IMG/VR virus record: IMGVR_UViG_3300037461_000186
Span: 1 to 40,560 of that record
DNA length: 40,560 nucleotides
Source of the DNA: a virus
Lineage: Duplodnaviria > Caudoviricetes
Reading direction: 5' to 3' (one strand)
Shown: positions 9,216 to 18,666 of the stretch, piece after piece
Numbering within the stretch: the first letter of the stretch is position 1
Layout of the letters: every line of letters begins with the position of its first letter
Program-made: the position numbers and the translations under genes
The notes under the pieces: generated by a model
Database searches by the model: none
Told to the model about the DNA's origin: nothing
What the model saw: only the letters and a program-made list of their open reading frames with translations

Positions 9216-9851
9216 ATGGCACTCGCCGAAACCACCTTCTCGGCTGCGGTCAACGCATCGGCCAAGGAGATCACCGTCGCTTCGGCCGCGTCGATCTCCG
9301 CGGGTCGTCTGCTGCAGGCCAGCTCCGAGATCATGCAGGTCGCGAAGAACTACACGAGCGGCACCACGGTTCCGGTGCTGCGCGGGCAGTTCGGCACCGT
9401 CCAGCAGTCTCACGCCTCGGGCGAGCGGATCGTCCACGGGGACGCCGCCGACTTCAGCACCGGCTTCTCCTACTCGCCCTACACCCCGACCGGGCGCTCG
9501 CGCCGGGTCGTGTCCTACACCGGGACGGCGGCTCAGACGTGCGAGCTCCCGCGCCCGGGCGAGGACCTCGTCGTCGTGATGAACGGCTCGGCGATCAACA
9601 CGCTGACCGTTCCCGTGCCGACGAAGGACCTCGACGGCTGCACCATCACGCTGGTCAACTCGGCGGCGGCAGCGCACATCATCACCTTCACGGGTGGTTT
9701 GGGCGGTGCCGGGTCGAGCTACGACGTGGTCACCCTCAACGCCAGCGGCACCTGCGCGCTGCAGGTGATCGCGTGCAACGAGGTCTGGTGCCCGATCTTC
9801 GCCCCGGCGATGGGCGGGACCGTGACCAACCTCATCGGCACGATCGCCTAA
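9216..9851 (+). CDS. Putative capsid decoration/structural protein
   Basis: Directly after the MCP with SD GGAGG; A/T/S-rich beta protein containing EIMQV..VLRGQFGT...H. Confidence 0.6.
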   Translation: MALAETTFSAAVNASAKEITVASAASISAGRLLQASSEIMQVAKNYTSGTTVPVLRGQFGTVQQSHASGERIVHGDAADFSTGFSYSPYTPTGRSRRVVSYTGTAAQTCELPRPGEDLVVVMNGSAINTLTVPVPTKDLDGCTITLVNSAAAAHIITFTGGLGGAGSSYDVVTLNASGTCALQVIACNEVWCPIFAPAMGGTVTNLIGTIA

Positions 9852-9858
9852 GGAGGGA

Positions 9859-10587
9859 ATGACAATGGCTGTCCAGAGAAACCTCCCCTCCACCGCGAAC
9901 GGCGACTCGACTGCGGTCGCGACGACCCCCTCCCGAACGGGCACCTACCTCGAGGCGTACACCCTCCCCCTCGGGGGCGGCGACATGTTCTTCGGGGACG
10001 AGGGCTCGTTCTTCCACGCCTGCAACGCGACCCTGGCGACGGGGATCGCGGGGCACGCGGCGCCTGTCGTGGCCGACAACGACACGAAGGCGCTCCTGCA
10101 CCTGTACAACTCGGGCACGAAGCGGATCTACCCGATCTACCTGCACCTCGAGGTGACCGCGGCCGGCAGCAACGGCACGGCGCACTACACCACGATCTAC
10201 ACGGACGACAAGGGTGCGACCGCTCTGACCTCGGGCGGCACCACGATCACCCCGGTGAACGTGAACGCCGAGGGCAGCAACACGACCGGCGCCATGCTGA
10301 CGTTCGGCGCCGCGGTGACGGCGATGACGACGAGCCGCAAGGTGTTCCAGCAGATCGTGAGGACGGTCATCCCCGTCGTGGGTGACACGCTGATGATCCG
10401 GTTCGGGGCGCCGAACGGGAACTTCTCCTCCGCTCTCGTCACCTCGGGCACGGCCATCGCGAACGTGGTGCAGTACGCGCCTCCGGTCGTGATCGGCCCG
10501 GGCAGCAACCTCAACATCGCGCAGATCCGGCCTTCGCAGTCCGGCGCTGCGAGCTACCAGTTCTCGTTCGGGTACATCGAGCGGTAG
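9859..10587 (+). CDS. Putative structural protein
   Basis: Beta-rich, T/A/G-rich ORF in the head cluster with SD AAGGAGG. Confidence 0.6.
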   Translation: MTMAVQRNLPSTANGDSTAVATTPSRTGTYLEAYTLPLGGGDMFFGDEGSFFHACNATLATGIAGHAAPVVADNDTKALLHLYNSGTKRIYPIYLHLEVTAAGSNGTAHYTTIYTDDKGATALTSGGTTITPVNVNAEGSNTTGAMLTFGAAVTAMTTSRKVFQQIVRTVIPVVGDTLMIRFGAPNGNFSSALVTSGTAIANVVQYAPPVVIGPGSNLNIAQIRPSQSGAASYQFSFGYIER

Positions 10588-10590
10588 CCC

Positions 10591-11031
10591 ATGCCTGCAA
10601 CCGTGACGCTCTCGACCACGTCGCTCGTCCCTCGGGTGGCTGCGAAGGAGCGTTCGGTGCGGGTGGCGTCCACCTCGGGGCTCATCCCCGGCATCTGGCT
10701 CTTCTGCGACGGGGAGCTGATGTCGGTGGTGCGCCTCGGGGTGGGCACCGACGTGACCGTGCTCCGTGGTCAGGGCGGCACCCAGGCCACGGAGCACGCG
10801 AGCGGCGCGACCATCTACATCGGACGACCCGACCAGTTCTACACGTTCGACCCCGTGGGGCTCCCGCCGGAATCGATCCCGGTGTCTCCCCACATCAACG
10901 CCGCAAACGGTTCGGTCTGGTTCGCGACGGGCGCGGGCGAGGGGCGGCGGTGGGTAAAGCAGACCGCCGAAACCGTCGTCGGGCCGCTCGGCGTGACGAC
11001 GACCGCTTTCACGCCTACGTCCTCGACGTAG
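10591..11031 (+). CDS. Putative structural protein, related to the N-terminus of 9216..9851
   Basis: Shares the pattern ELMSV...VTVLRGQGGT.ATEHASG. Confidence 0.6.
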   Translation: MPATVTLSTTSLVPRVAAKERSVRVASTSGLIPGIWLFCDGELMSVVRLGVGTDVTVLRGQGGTQATEHASGATIYIGRPDQFYTFDPVGLPPESIPVSPHINAANGSVWFATGAGEGRRWVKQTAETVVGPLGVTTTAFTPTSST

Positions 11032-11047
11032 GTTCGGAAGGAGACAG

Positions 11048-11560
11048 ATGGCGATCCTGCACAATCCCGAGTCCCCCTACGTCAAGGAGATGGCGAAGTG
11101 GGAGCAGTTCCCCAGCGAGTACACGCTCGGGGGGCTGAAGCCCGGGAACCCGTACACGTTCCGGCCCTACCCGAAGATGCTGTACATGGCCCGCCAGACG
11201 CGCAGCGGGAAGTGGGCCGTCTCGGACGAGCTGCCCTCGCGCTTCGGCTTCCCCGACGACCAGTCGTGGGACCGGGCATGCCAGGAGGTCGCGAAGTTCA
11301 ACGAGTCGTGCTACCGCGTGGTGAACGACGAGGCCGAGGACAAGCGGGCGCACGAGGAGGGCTGGCGCGACAACCCGAAGATGGCGATGGAGTGGCGCGA
11401 GTCCCTCGAAAAGGCCATCGGGGACGCGGCTGCGGAGAGGAACTTCCGCGACCGGAACATGGGCGAGAAGGCGAAGGCCGAGGCCGCCAAGGCCGAGGCC
11501 GAGCACTTCGGGCACCTGGCCGAGATCCCCGAGAAGCCGCGCCGTCGCAAGGCGTCGTAA
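11048..11560 (+). CDS. Hypothetical protein in the head-completion region
   Basis: 170-aa ORF with SD AAGGAG, YPKMLY motif and a basic C-terminus. Confidence 0.6.
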   Translation: MAILHNPESPYVKEMAKWEQFPSEYTLGGLKPGNPYTFRPYPKMLYMARQTRSGKWAVSDELPSRFGFPDDQSWDRACQEVAKFNESCYRVVNDEAEDKRAHEEGWRDNPKMAMEWRESLEKAIGDAAAERNFRDRNMGEKAKAEAAKAEAEHFGHLAEIPEKPRRRKAS

Positions 11561-11572
11561 GGCGGTCGCCCC

Positions 11573-12280
11573 GTGGCGAGCGTCCTCGACATCGTCACCG
11601 ACGGGTTGCGAGAGCTCGGGGTCCTCGCCGCGGGTGAAGTCGCCTCCGCAGACGACGGCGCCTACGGCCTCCGGGCTCTCAATCGCCTCCTCGACCAGTG
11701 GGCCGCGGAGCGGCTCCACATCTACGAGGAGGCCCGCACGACGTTCACGATCGCCTCGGGCACGCAGGCGTACAACGTCGGCACCGGGGCCACCGTGAAC
11801 GTGGCGCGTCCGGTGTCCATCAAGCACGTCACCTACTACGATTCGTCGGTGAGCCCTGTCCACGAGATCCCGCTCGACCTCCTGACGTTCGACGGGTGGG
11901 CCGGCATCCCGCAGAAGGCGCTCACCTCGACGTACCCGACCCACGCCTGGTACGCGACGAACTACCCGCTAGGCTCGCTGAAGCTGTGGCCCGTGCCCAC
12001 CTCCTCGACGCTCGTGGGCGTCGTGTACGCGCCGAAGCAGGTGTCGGAGTTCGCGTCCCTCGCGGCGACGGTGAGCCTGCCCCCGGGGTGGCGCCGGATG
12101 CTGGTGAAGAACCTCGCGGTGGAACTCGCCCCGAGCTACGACAAGCCCGCGGGGCGGGAGTTGACGGACCAGGCGCTCGAGTCCGTGCGCGTGGTGAAGA
12201 GGTCGAACCACAAGATGACGGACCTCGGCTTCGATTTCGCCGGATCGGGCGGGGAGTCGTTCGACATCGAAGAGGGCTAG
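11573..12280 (+). CDS. Head-to-tail adaptor (P22 gp4-like)
   Basis: DIVTDGLRELGVLAAGE...GLRALNRLLDQW, LKLWPVP, LPPGWRRMLVKNLAVELAPSY. Confidence 0.75.
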   Translation: MASVLDIVTDGLRELGVLAAGEVASADDGAYGLRALNRLLDQWAAERLHIYEEARTTFTIASGTQAYNVGTGATVNVARPVSIKHVTYYDSSVSPVHEIPLDLLTFDGWAGIPQKALTSTYPTHAWYATNYPLGSLKLWPVPTSSTLVGVVYAPKQVSEFASLAATVSLPPGWRRMLVKNLAVELAPSYDKPAGRELTDQALESVRVVKRSNHKMTDLGFDFAGSGGESFDIEEG

Positions 12281-12281
12281 G

Positions 12282-13535
12282 GTGAAGTTCGACGCTTTCA
12301 TCGGCGGCAGCTACCAGTCGCAGGCGGTGACCGCCGATCAGGAGCGTACCGTCAACTGGTATCCCGAGCTCCTCGAGGCCCCCGGTGCGACCGCGAAGGC
12401 GGTGCTTTACCCGACCCCTGGCGTCCGCACGCTGTCCTCCGCTGGGCGCGGGAACGGGAGGGCGCACTTCGCGCTCAACGGCCGCGAGTTCGCGATCCTG
12501 GGGACGACGCTCTACGAGATCGACTCGGCTGGGGCTCTCACGCCTCGCGGGTCGGTCGCCCAGGACGCGAACCCGGCGACGATCTCGTCCAACGGTGAGG
12601 GCGGGAATCAGCTCTTCATCACCTCGGGCCGGAACGGCTACGTCTTCAACCTGACGAACAACAACCTGCAGCAGATCACGGCGCTGAACGGGAAGGCGAC
12701 GCAGGGGGCGCACCTCGACGGCTACTTCCTCGCGCTCGACGCGGTGACGGCGACCCTCTACATCTCGGACCTGTACGACGGGGCGACGTGGCAGACGGGC
12801 ATCCAGTTCGCGCAGCGTTCCATCGCGGCCGACCGCTGGGTGGCGATGGCGGTGCTCGGGCGCTTCCTGTGGCTCTTCGGGGAGAGGACCTCTGAGGTCT
12901 GGTACAACACGGGCGCGGTCTTCCCCTTCGCGCCGCACCCCTCGGGCCTCATCCACTACGGCATCGCGGCGCCGTTCTCGTCCGCGATCATGGGCGACTC
13001 GGTGATCTGGGTCGGGCAGACGGCGAGCGGCCGGCGATGCGTGCTCCGGGCTCAGGGGTTCACGCCGCAGCCGATCAGCACGAAGCCGCTCGAGGCCGCG
13101 CTCGCGGACTACCGCGGCGTCTCGGGTGCGGTGTCGGACGTGTACTCCGACGCGGGGCACACGTTCTACCTCGTGTCGTTCGACCGGGACGGGGTGACGT
13201 GGGCCTACGACGACGCCACGCAGATGTGGCACGAGCGGGGGACGTGGATTCCCCAGGAGTCCAAGTTCACGGCCTGGAGGCCGAGGTACTACGCCTGGTC
13301 GTTCGGCCAGCATCGGATGCTCGACGTGGGCAGCGGCGCCGTGTACGAGATGGCCCGGGACGCGACGACGGACGTGGACGGGCTGCTCATCAGGCGGCTG
13401 CGCCGGGCGCCGGCGATCAGCAACGAGAACGACCGCGTGTTCTACGCCTCCTTCGAGGTGGACATGGAGCCGGGCCTGGGGCTGGACCGGCCGAAGCGGG
13501 CGCGGTTCAGCATGAACGGTGTGAGTGGGGTCTGA
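12282..13535 (+). CDS. P22 gp10-like tail hub / DNA-stabilisation protein, N-terminal part
   Basis: RTVNWYPE, LYPTPG, LDGYFL, LWLFGERTSEVWYNTG, GHTFYLVSF, TWAYDDATQMWHER, IRRLRRAP, FEVDMEPGLGL. Confidence 0.8.
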   Translation: MKFDAFIGGSYQSQAVTADQERTVNWYPELLEAPGATAKAVLYPTPGVRTLSSAGRGNGRAHFALNGREFAILGTTLYEIDSAGALTPRGSVAQDANPATISSNGEGGNQLFITSGRNGYVFNLTNNNLQQITALNGKATQGAHLDGYFLALDAVTATLYISDLYDGATWQTGIQFAQRSIAADRWVAMAVLGRFLWLFGERTSEVWYNTGAVFPFAPHPSGLIHYGIAAPFSSAIMGDSVIWVGQTASGRRCVLRAQGFTPQPISTKPLEAALADYRGVSGAVSDVYSDAGHTFYLVSFDRDGVTWAYDDATQMWHERGTWIPQESKFTAWRPRYYAWSFGQHRMLDVGSGAVYEMARDATTDVDGLLIRRLRRAPAISNENDRVFYASFEVDMEPGLGLDRPKRARFSMNGVSGV

Positions 13536-14014
13536 TGCCGATCGAGATCCCCCTCACCTATCGTATCGACTTCACCGACGAGTCCGGGCCGGGCGTGACC
13601 TCGTGGCTGTGGGAGATGGGAGATGGGACGACGTACACGACTCAGAACCCGTCGCACACCTATGCCGCCAAGGGGGTCTACATCGTGAGGTTGACGGTCA
13701 ACGGGGTCGCGACGGTGACGGACACTGTGACCGTGAGCGATGACAACGTGGCCTACACCACGCCTGACCCGGCCTACGGGGAGGCAGTGGGAGGCGACCC
13801 GCGGGTGATGCTGCGCCTGTCGAACGACGGCGGCAAGACCTGGGTGTGCGAGATGCAGCGCCGGGCCGGACGTAGCGGGGAGTACTGGCGCCGGGTGAGG
13901 TGGGACCGGCTCGGGCAGGCCCGGCGCCGTGTCTTCGAGGTGTCGGTGACGGACCCGATCCCGTGGCGGCTCGTGGGGGCCTACGTCAAGATGACCCCGG
14001 CGGGGAGGGCCTGA
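13535..14014 (+). CDS. PKD (Ig-like) domain fused to the C-terminal segment of the gp10-like protein
   Basis: ATG within TGATG. PKD motif FTDES..VTSWLWEMGDGT..TQNPSHTY...G.Y.VRLTV, then DPRVMLRLSNDGGKTW...GEY..RVRWDRLGQARRRVFEVSVTDP. Confidence 0.8.
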   Translation: MPIEIPLTYRIDFTDESGPGVTSWLWEMGDGTTYTTQNPSHTYAAKGVYIVRLTVNGVATVTDTVTVSDDNVAYTTPDPAYGEAVGGDPRVMLRLSNDGGKTWVCEMQRRAGRSGEYWRRVRWDRLGQARRRVFEVSVTDPIPWRLVGAYVKMTPAGRA

Positions 14015-14445
14015 TGGCGCAGCGCCTCCTCGACTCGGCGCCGCCTCCGACCTCGGACCCCGTGGTCGGGCGGGACGGCCTGCTCACCGCGGCGTGGCGG
14101 GAGTGGTTCCTGCGGATGCCGGACACCCTGTCTTCGATCCCGTCGAGGATCAACGTCGTGGAGAGGCCCGCCTCGAGCTCCAGCGTGACCGCCACGGACT
14201 TCAGCGGGGGGACGTTGAAGGCCGGGCTCTACCGGGCGACGTACTACGCCAGGCTGACCGCTGGGGCGCTCACGGTGACGTTCCGGTGGACGGACGGCGG
14301 CTCGGCGCAGTCGTGGGCGAGCACGGAGACGACGGGGTCGGTGATGCTGCGGACGGACGCGGGGGCCTCGGTGACCTACGCCGCCGCATACGTCGGCAGC
14401 GGGACGTACTCTCTCGACGTGGCCCTGGAGAGGATCAAGGCATGA
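14014..14445 (+). CDS. Tail accessory protein (hypothetical)
   Basis: TGATG coupling; P..DP.V...GLLTAAWREWF N-terminus common after gp10-like genes. Confidence 0.6.
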   Translation: MAQRLLDSAPPPTSDPVVGRDGLLTAAWREWFLRMPDTLSSIPSRINVVERPASSSSVTATDFSGGTLKAGLYRATYYARLTAGALTVTFRWTDGGSAQSWASTETTGSVMLRTDAGASVTYAAAYVGSGTYSLDVALERIKA

Positions 14446-14816
14446 AGTGGCGGCTCCTGACGCGGGCAGAGGCAGAGACGGTGCCGGGGATGATCGACCC
14501 GGTGCCGGACAGCCTCGTCGCGGTCGGGGCGGTGGATGACTCCGGGGCGGTGGTGGCGTGCATTGGCGCCTTCGCGGTGCTCCATGCGGACCCGGTGTGG
14601 GTGCGCGAGGACCACCGCAACGGGAAGACGCTCCTGCGGCTGTGGGAGGCGATGAAGCGCGAACTCGCGCAGCGCGGCATCAGCGGGATCGAGGTGCTGA
14701 TGACGGAGCACGTCCCCGGGCCTCCGTTGGAGAGCACCGTGGCGCGGCTGTGCGAGGTCGCGGGCGGGCAGGAGATGAAGCTGCGGCACTTCATCGTGCC
14801 GATCGAGGCGGTGTAA
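14442..14816 (+). CDS. GNAT-like protein (position of P22 gp14)
   Basis: LHADPVWVREDHRNGKTLLRLWEAMKRELAQRG resembles GNAT motif A; syntenic position. Confidence 0.5.
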   Translation: MKWRLLTRAEAETVPGMIDPVPDSLVAVGAVDDSGAVVACIGAFAVLHADPVWVREDHRNGKTLLRLWEAMKRELAQRGISGIEVLMTEHVPGPPLESTVARLCEVAGGQEMKLRHFIVPIEAV

Positions 14817-15376
14817 TGGGCTGGGAAGCCGACGCGGTACAGAGGCAGTACGACATGGCCCGCACGTCGATCCCCGGAGCGAGGAGTGGCGGTATGGACC
14901 CCATCATCGGAAGTTCGCTGATCAGCGCCGGATCGGGCATCGCCTCGTCCGTCACTGGTGGCAAGGCCGCGAAGGAAGCGGCGAAGGCCCAGGAGCGGGC
15001 TCAGGACAAGGCGCTCGCGTTCGCCCGTGAGCAGGAGGCCACCCGGCAGGGCCAGTACGGGCAGGCTTTCAAGATGTGGTACGCCTCGCAGCAGGCGCTG
15101 CGGGAGCGGTACGGCCTGCCTCCGCTGCCTCCGATGGACGCCTTCCCGGCCGCGGGCGGCGGCGCCGCTGCCGCGGGAGCGGACCCGCGTGCAGCGTTCG
15201 CGGACAACATGAGAAGCAAGTTCGGCAGCGGGAGCCGTGTCGCCGCCGTGATGGACCCCCGCCCGGCCGCTGCTGCCGAGATGCCGGCGGGCGCGACCCT
15301 CGGGGACATCATGCGGCGCGATCCCCGGGCCGAACTCGAGGGCTGGAACGACTGGTCGCGGATGGGGCCTGCGTGA
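14816..15376 (+). CDS. Ejection (DNA transfer) protein, gp7-like N-terminal half
   Basis: Gly/Ser hydrophobic stretch followed by GGKAAKEAAKAQERAQDKALAFAREQ. Confidence 0.6.
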   Translation: MGWEADAVQRQYDMARTSIPGARSGGMDPIIGSSLISAGSGIASSVTGGKAAKEAAKAQERAQDKALAFAREQEATRQGQYGQAFKMWYASQQALRERYGLPPLPPMDAFPAAGGGAAAAGADPRAAFADNMRSKFGSGSRVAAVMDPRPAAAAEMPAGATLGDIMRRDPRAELEGWNDWSRMGPA

Positions 15377-15558
15377 TGATGGGCATCTGTCATATCTGCC
15401 AGCGCATCGAGTTCGTGAAGTACTGCGGGCTGTGCAAGCACTGGCTGTGTGACGAGTGCCGTCCGAAGTGGCCCATGAGGGTGAAGGCAGCGGCGAAGGC
15501 CGCGGTGACCCGGATGGGCACGGACTGCTGCGGCCCGCTGAAAGAGGTGACGCGATGA
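15376..15558 (+). CDS. Small Cys-rich zinc-finger-like protein (60 aa)
   Basis: CHIC..CGLCKHWLCDEC..CC; translationally coupled on both sides. Confidence 0.55.
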   Translation: MMGICHICQRIEFVKYCGLCKHWLCDECRPKWPMRVKAAAKAAVTRMGTDCCGPLKEVTR

Positions 15559-16274
15559 CGCCCGAAGAACTCCGACGACTCGCACAGGAGCAGGGATGGA
15601 GCGAGGACTTCCAGCGATTTTCGGCGCCAACTTTGCAGGGATGGCTGGACCAGTACTGGGACCCGAGCCAGAACAAGTTCCGCTCCATGCGCGGCGCCGA
15701 GGGCTACTTCGAGAAGCCGACCGAGTGCCCGCCCGGGATGATGCCGAGCGGCCCCGACGAGACGGACCCCTGCATCCCCAACGAGTCGGCGCCGGGCTGG
15801 GGTGGCGGTGGCGGGGCCGGCGGCGGGGGAGGCCGAGGAGGGCGCGGCGGGTACGGGCCGGCTGGTGACGTGCCCGAGTTCAAGTACACGCCGTTCGTCG
15901 CTCCGACCTACGCGGACATCGGGAACGACCCCGCCTACCAGTTCCGGCTGAAGACGGGCATCGATGCCATCCAGAAGAGCGCGGCGGCTCGAGGGCTGAC
16001 CCGGGCCGGCGGGACTCTGCAGGACATCATGGGGTACGGGCAGGACCTCGCCTCGCAGGAGTACGGGAACCAGTACAACCGCGCCCTACAGACCTGGGGC
16101 GCACAGTACCAGGGCGAGAAGGACGCCTTCGCGCCGCAGTACGGCGGATGGCAAACGATGTACGCGGGCGACCTCTCGAGGTGGACGACGAACCAGAACG
16201 CCGCGCTCCAGAAGTATCTCCAGCGCGAGCAGAACATCTACGGGCTCATGAATCCCGTGATGCCGGGGATGTAG
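15555..16274 (+). CDS. Ejection (DNA transfer) protein, gp7-like C-terminal half
   Basis: DPAYQFRLKTG..AIQKSAAARGL..GGTLQDIMGYGQDLASQEYGNQYNR. Confidence 0.65.
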   Translation: MTPEELRRLAQEQGWSEDFQRFSAPTLQGWLDQYWDPSQNKFRSMRGAEGYFEKPTECPPGMMPSGPDETDPCIPNESAPGWGGGGGAGGGGGRGGRGGYGPAGDVPEFKYTPFVAPTYADIGNDPAYQFRLKTGIDAIQKSAAARGLTRAGGTLQDIMGYGQDLASQEYGNQYNRALQTWGAQYQGEKDAFAPQYGGWQTMYAGDLSRWTTNQNAALQKYLQREQNIYGLMNPVMPGM

Positions 16275-16276
16275 CT

Positions 16277-17500
16277 ATGCCCACTGTGATCCCGATGTTC
16301 CAGCCGCGAGGGGAGTCCATCATGGAGATCCTCATGCGGCAGGGGGACGTTGCTGGCCGTGCTGCGCTGATGCGGGGTGAGGCGATCTCCCGCGGCATCG
16401 AGGGCGTGGGCAACGCTGTTGCTCAGGGCGTCATGGCCTACGGACAGCAGAAGGACCAGAAGAAGCGTGAGGCCCAGCTCGACGCGGCGATGGCGTCGTT
16501 CGACCCAGCGAACCCGATGGACTTCTACCGGCGCACGGCGGTGGCGGTTGGTCCCGAGGCGGCGATGCGGGTGACCTCGGGGATGGCCTCGCTGATGAAG
16601 CTGCAGCAGTCGCAGCAGCCGGACATGAAGGACGCCGCGACTCTGGTCGGTGGCCTAGCTGCGCTCGAGGAGAAGGCGCCGGGGTGGATCGCGAAGAACT
16701 GGGACACGACAGGCCCGAGCCTCGAGCCCGTGGCGAAGCTGTTCGGGGTGCCGCTGAATCCCGAGACGATCGGGGAGACGGTGCTCTCGCTCAACGCCGG
16801 GTTGAACAAGAAGGCGCCCACGGAGCCGAAGACTCGACAGGTGGAGGTGACTCTCCCCGACGGGACGAAGGAAATCCGCATCGTCGAGGACAAGCCGGGG
16901 CAGACGTTCGCGAGCGCGGCGCCGCCAGCGAAGGCTCCCGCAACGCTGAATGTCGGCGGGCGCGTGATGCAGTTCAACGAGAAGACCGGCCAGTTCGACA
17001 TCGACCTCGGGAAGACGGAAGCGGCGATCGGGCGCGAAACGTCAGCCATCGACAGGGAGACGGCGAAGGCAGAGAAGGAAGCGGCGAAAAACCGAGAGGC
17101 ACAGGAGGCCAAGAAGGCAGCGGATAGCCAGGTCGCAGCGGCGTTCGCTGCGATGGAGACTGCACTGGGCGAGGTCAAGAAGTACGCCGGGCCGAAGGCA
17201 TTGACCGTCCCGCTGGAGGCGGCAAACGCTCGGCAGCAGTACCTCAGCGCGGCCAACGCCTTCGCGGCGACCCTCTCCCGAGCCACGGGAGACACTCGGA
17301 TCTCCGACCTTGATCGAAGGGCATACGCCGGCCTGCTGACCTACACCGGCCCCGGCAAGTCGCTCCTGATGATCGCCCGTCCCGATCTCATCGAGTCGCG
17401 GCTGAAGGAGGCCAAGGAGTTCTTCGCCGCCGCCGCGATGGCGAGGGACGGGAAGACGCCTGAGAAGCCTGATCCCCTTGGACTGCGGGGTGGCAAATGA
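16277..17500 (+). CDS. Putative ejection protein
   Basis: Helical A/Q/K-rich ORF in the ejection cluster, ending in DPLGL. Confidence 0.55.
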   Translation: MPTVIPMFQPRGESIMEILMRQGDVAGRAALMRGEAISRGIEGVGNAVAQGVMAYGQQKDQKKREAQLDAAMASFDPANPMDFYRRTAVAVGPEAAMRVTSGMASLMKLQQSQQPDMKDAATLVGGLAALEEKAPGWIAKNWDTTGPSLEPVAKLFGVPLNPETIGETVLSLNAGLNKKAPTEPKTRQVEVTLPDGTKEIRIVEDKPGQTFASAAPPAKAPATLNVGGRVMQFNEKTGQFDIDLGKTEAAIGRETSAIDRETAKAEKEAAKNREAQEAKKAADSQVAAAFAAMETALGEVKKYAGPKALTVPLEAANARQQYLSAANAFAATLSRATGDTRISDLDRRAYAGLLTYTGPGKSLLMIARPDLIESRLKEAKEFFAAAAMARDGKTPEKPDPLGLRGGK

Positions 17501-18663
17501 GCGTCGTCGGACTCATCCGTCAGGCGTATCCCGAAGACTACGACGACCTGTCCGACGAAGAGCTGGAGAAGCTTGTCGCAAAGGCCCCGGCCGAGGTGCG
17601 CCTCAAGTTGGCCCGCGCATACATGGACGCCCTGAGCGTGTCGTCGGCGCGGGACCGCGGGCTTGATGACCCGCAGTCTCCAGAGTTCCGGGCGCTACGC
17701 GAGAGGGGAGAGCGTGAGGGCACGGCACGCGCTGCTGGTCCGACGGTCGGAATCCTCGGCACGGCTGCCGCGTCTGGGATGCTTCCCGCTGCGGTCGCGA
17801 TGCGTGGGGGCGGCGCCGTGATCGGTGGGACCGAAGGCTACCGTAAGGGCGGTGTGCCCGGGGCGTTGGCCGGCGCCGCGGTGGGAGCGGTAAAACCTGG
17901 GACGACCGGGACCGTGGGCGGCGCCCTACAGGGGTACGAGTCGGGAGGGGTTCCCGGGGCCGTGGCCGGCGCCGCTCTCGGGATGCTCCTCGGGGGAGGG
18001 ACGGGACAGGTTGCCCGAGAGGTCGCGGCCCTACGCGGCGCACCGGCCGCAGTCACCCGTGCGGCTGTGCCCGAGGTCGCAGCGGCTAGGGCCGCTACCT
18101 CTGCAGCGCCGGAGGCGGCTGCAGCGGCGCCGAGTGCCGCGAGCGCGGTGCAGGCGCAGGCTGACGAGATCGCCGCTCAGATCCTACGATGGAAGAACGA
18201 GCAGGGATTCTCGGGGGCTCAGATCGTGTCGTCCCTTCGCAACGTCTACGGCATTACTCCGAAGGACGGCAATAAGATGGTGCAGATGGTGCTCGGCACC
18301 CCGGCCAAGGCCGCAGCGAGCCCTCTCCGCGGGCCTCGCATCGAGGTCGGCGCCGAGCGGGTGGGCAAGGGCCTGGGACTGACGAAGGAAGAGGTCCGGC
18401 GCCAGACGGGACCGATCGTCGGTGAGGCCGTGGGCGCGGCGTCTCCTGTCTTCCCGCAGAAGGCTTTCGACGCGATCTACGAGAAGATGATAGCGATGCC
18501 CGCGTCCGAACGGTTGGCCTATGCGGCCGCGGCGAAGGGCGAGAAGGCGATGAGCCAGGTCGAAACGATCAGGCGCGTGCTCGCGAAGCAGGGACTCATC
18601 GTGTCCGCTGCGGCGATTGCCGAGGCCATCAGACGCCGCGAGGCGAGGGACAGGGAGAGTTAG
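17497..18663 (+). CDS. Putative ejection protein with Gly-rich hydrophobic repeats
   Basis: IRQAYPEDYDDLSDEEL N-terminus; duplicated GY..GGVPGA(L/V)AGAA(V/L)G. Confidence 0.55.
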   Translation: MSVVGLIRQAYPEDYDDLSDEELEKLVAKAPAEVRLKLARAYMDALSVSSARDRGLDDPQSPEFRALRERGEREGTARAAGPTVGILGTAAASGMLPAAVAMRGGGAVIGGTEGYRKGGVPGALAGAAVGAVKPGTTGTVGGALQGYESGGVPGAVAGAALGMLLGGGTGQVAREVAALRGAPAAVTRAAVPEVAAARAATSAAPEAAAAAPSAASAVQAQADEIAAQILRWKNEQGFSGAQIVSSLRNVYGITPKDGNKMVQMVLGTPAKAAASPLRGPRIEVGAERVGKGLGLTKEEVRRQTGPIVGEAVGAASPVFPQKAFDAIYEKMIAMPASERLAYAAAAKGEKAMSQVETIRRVLAKQGLIVSAAAIAEAIRRREARDRES

Positions 18664-18666
18664 AGC

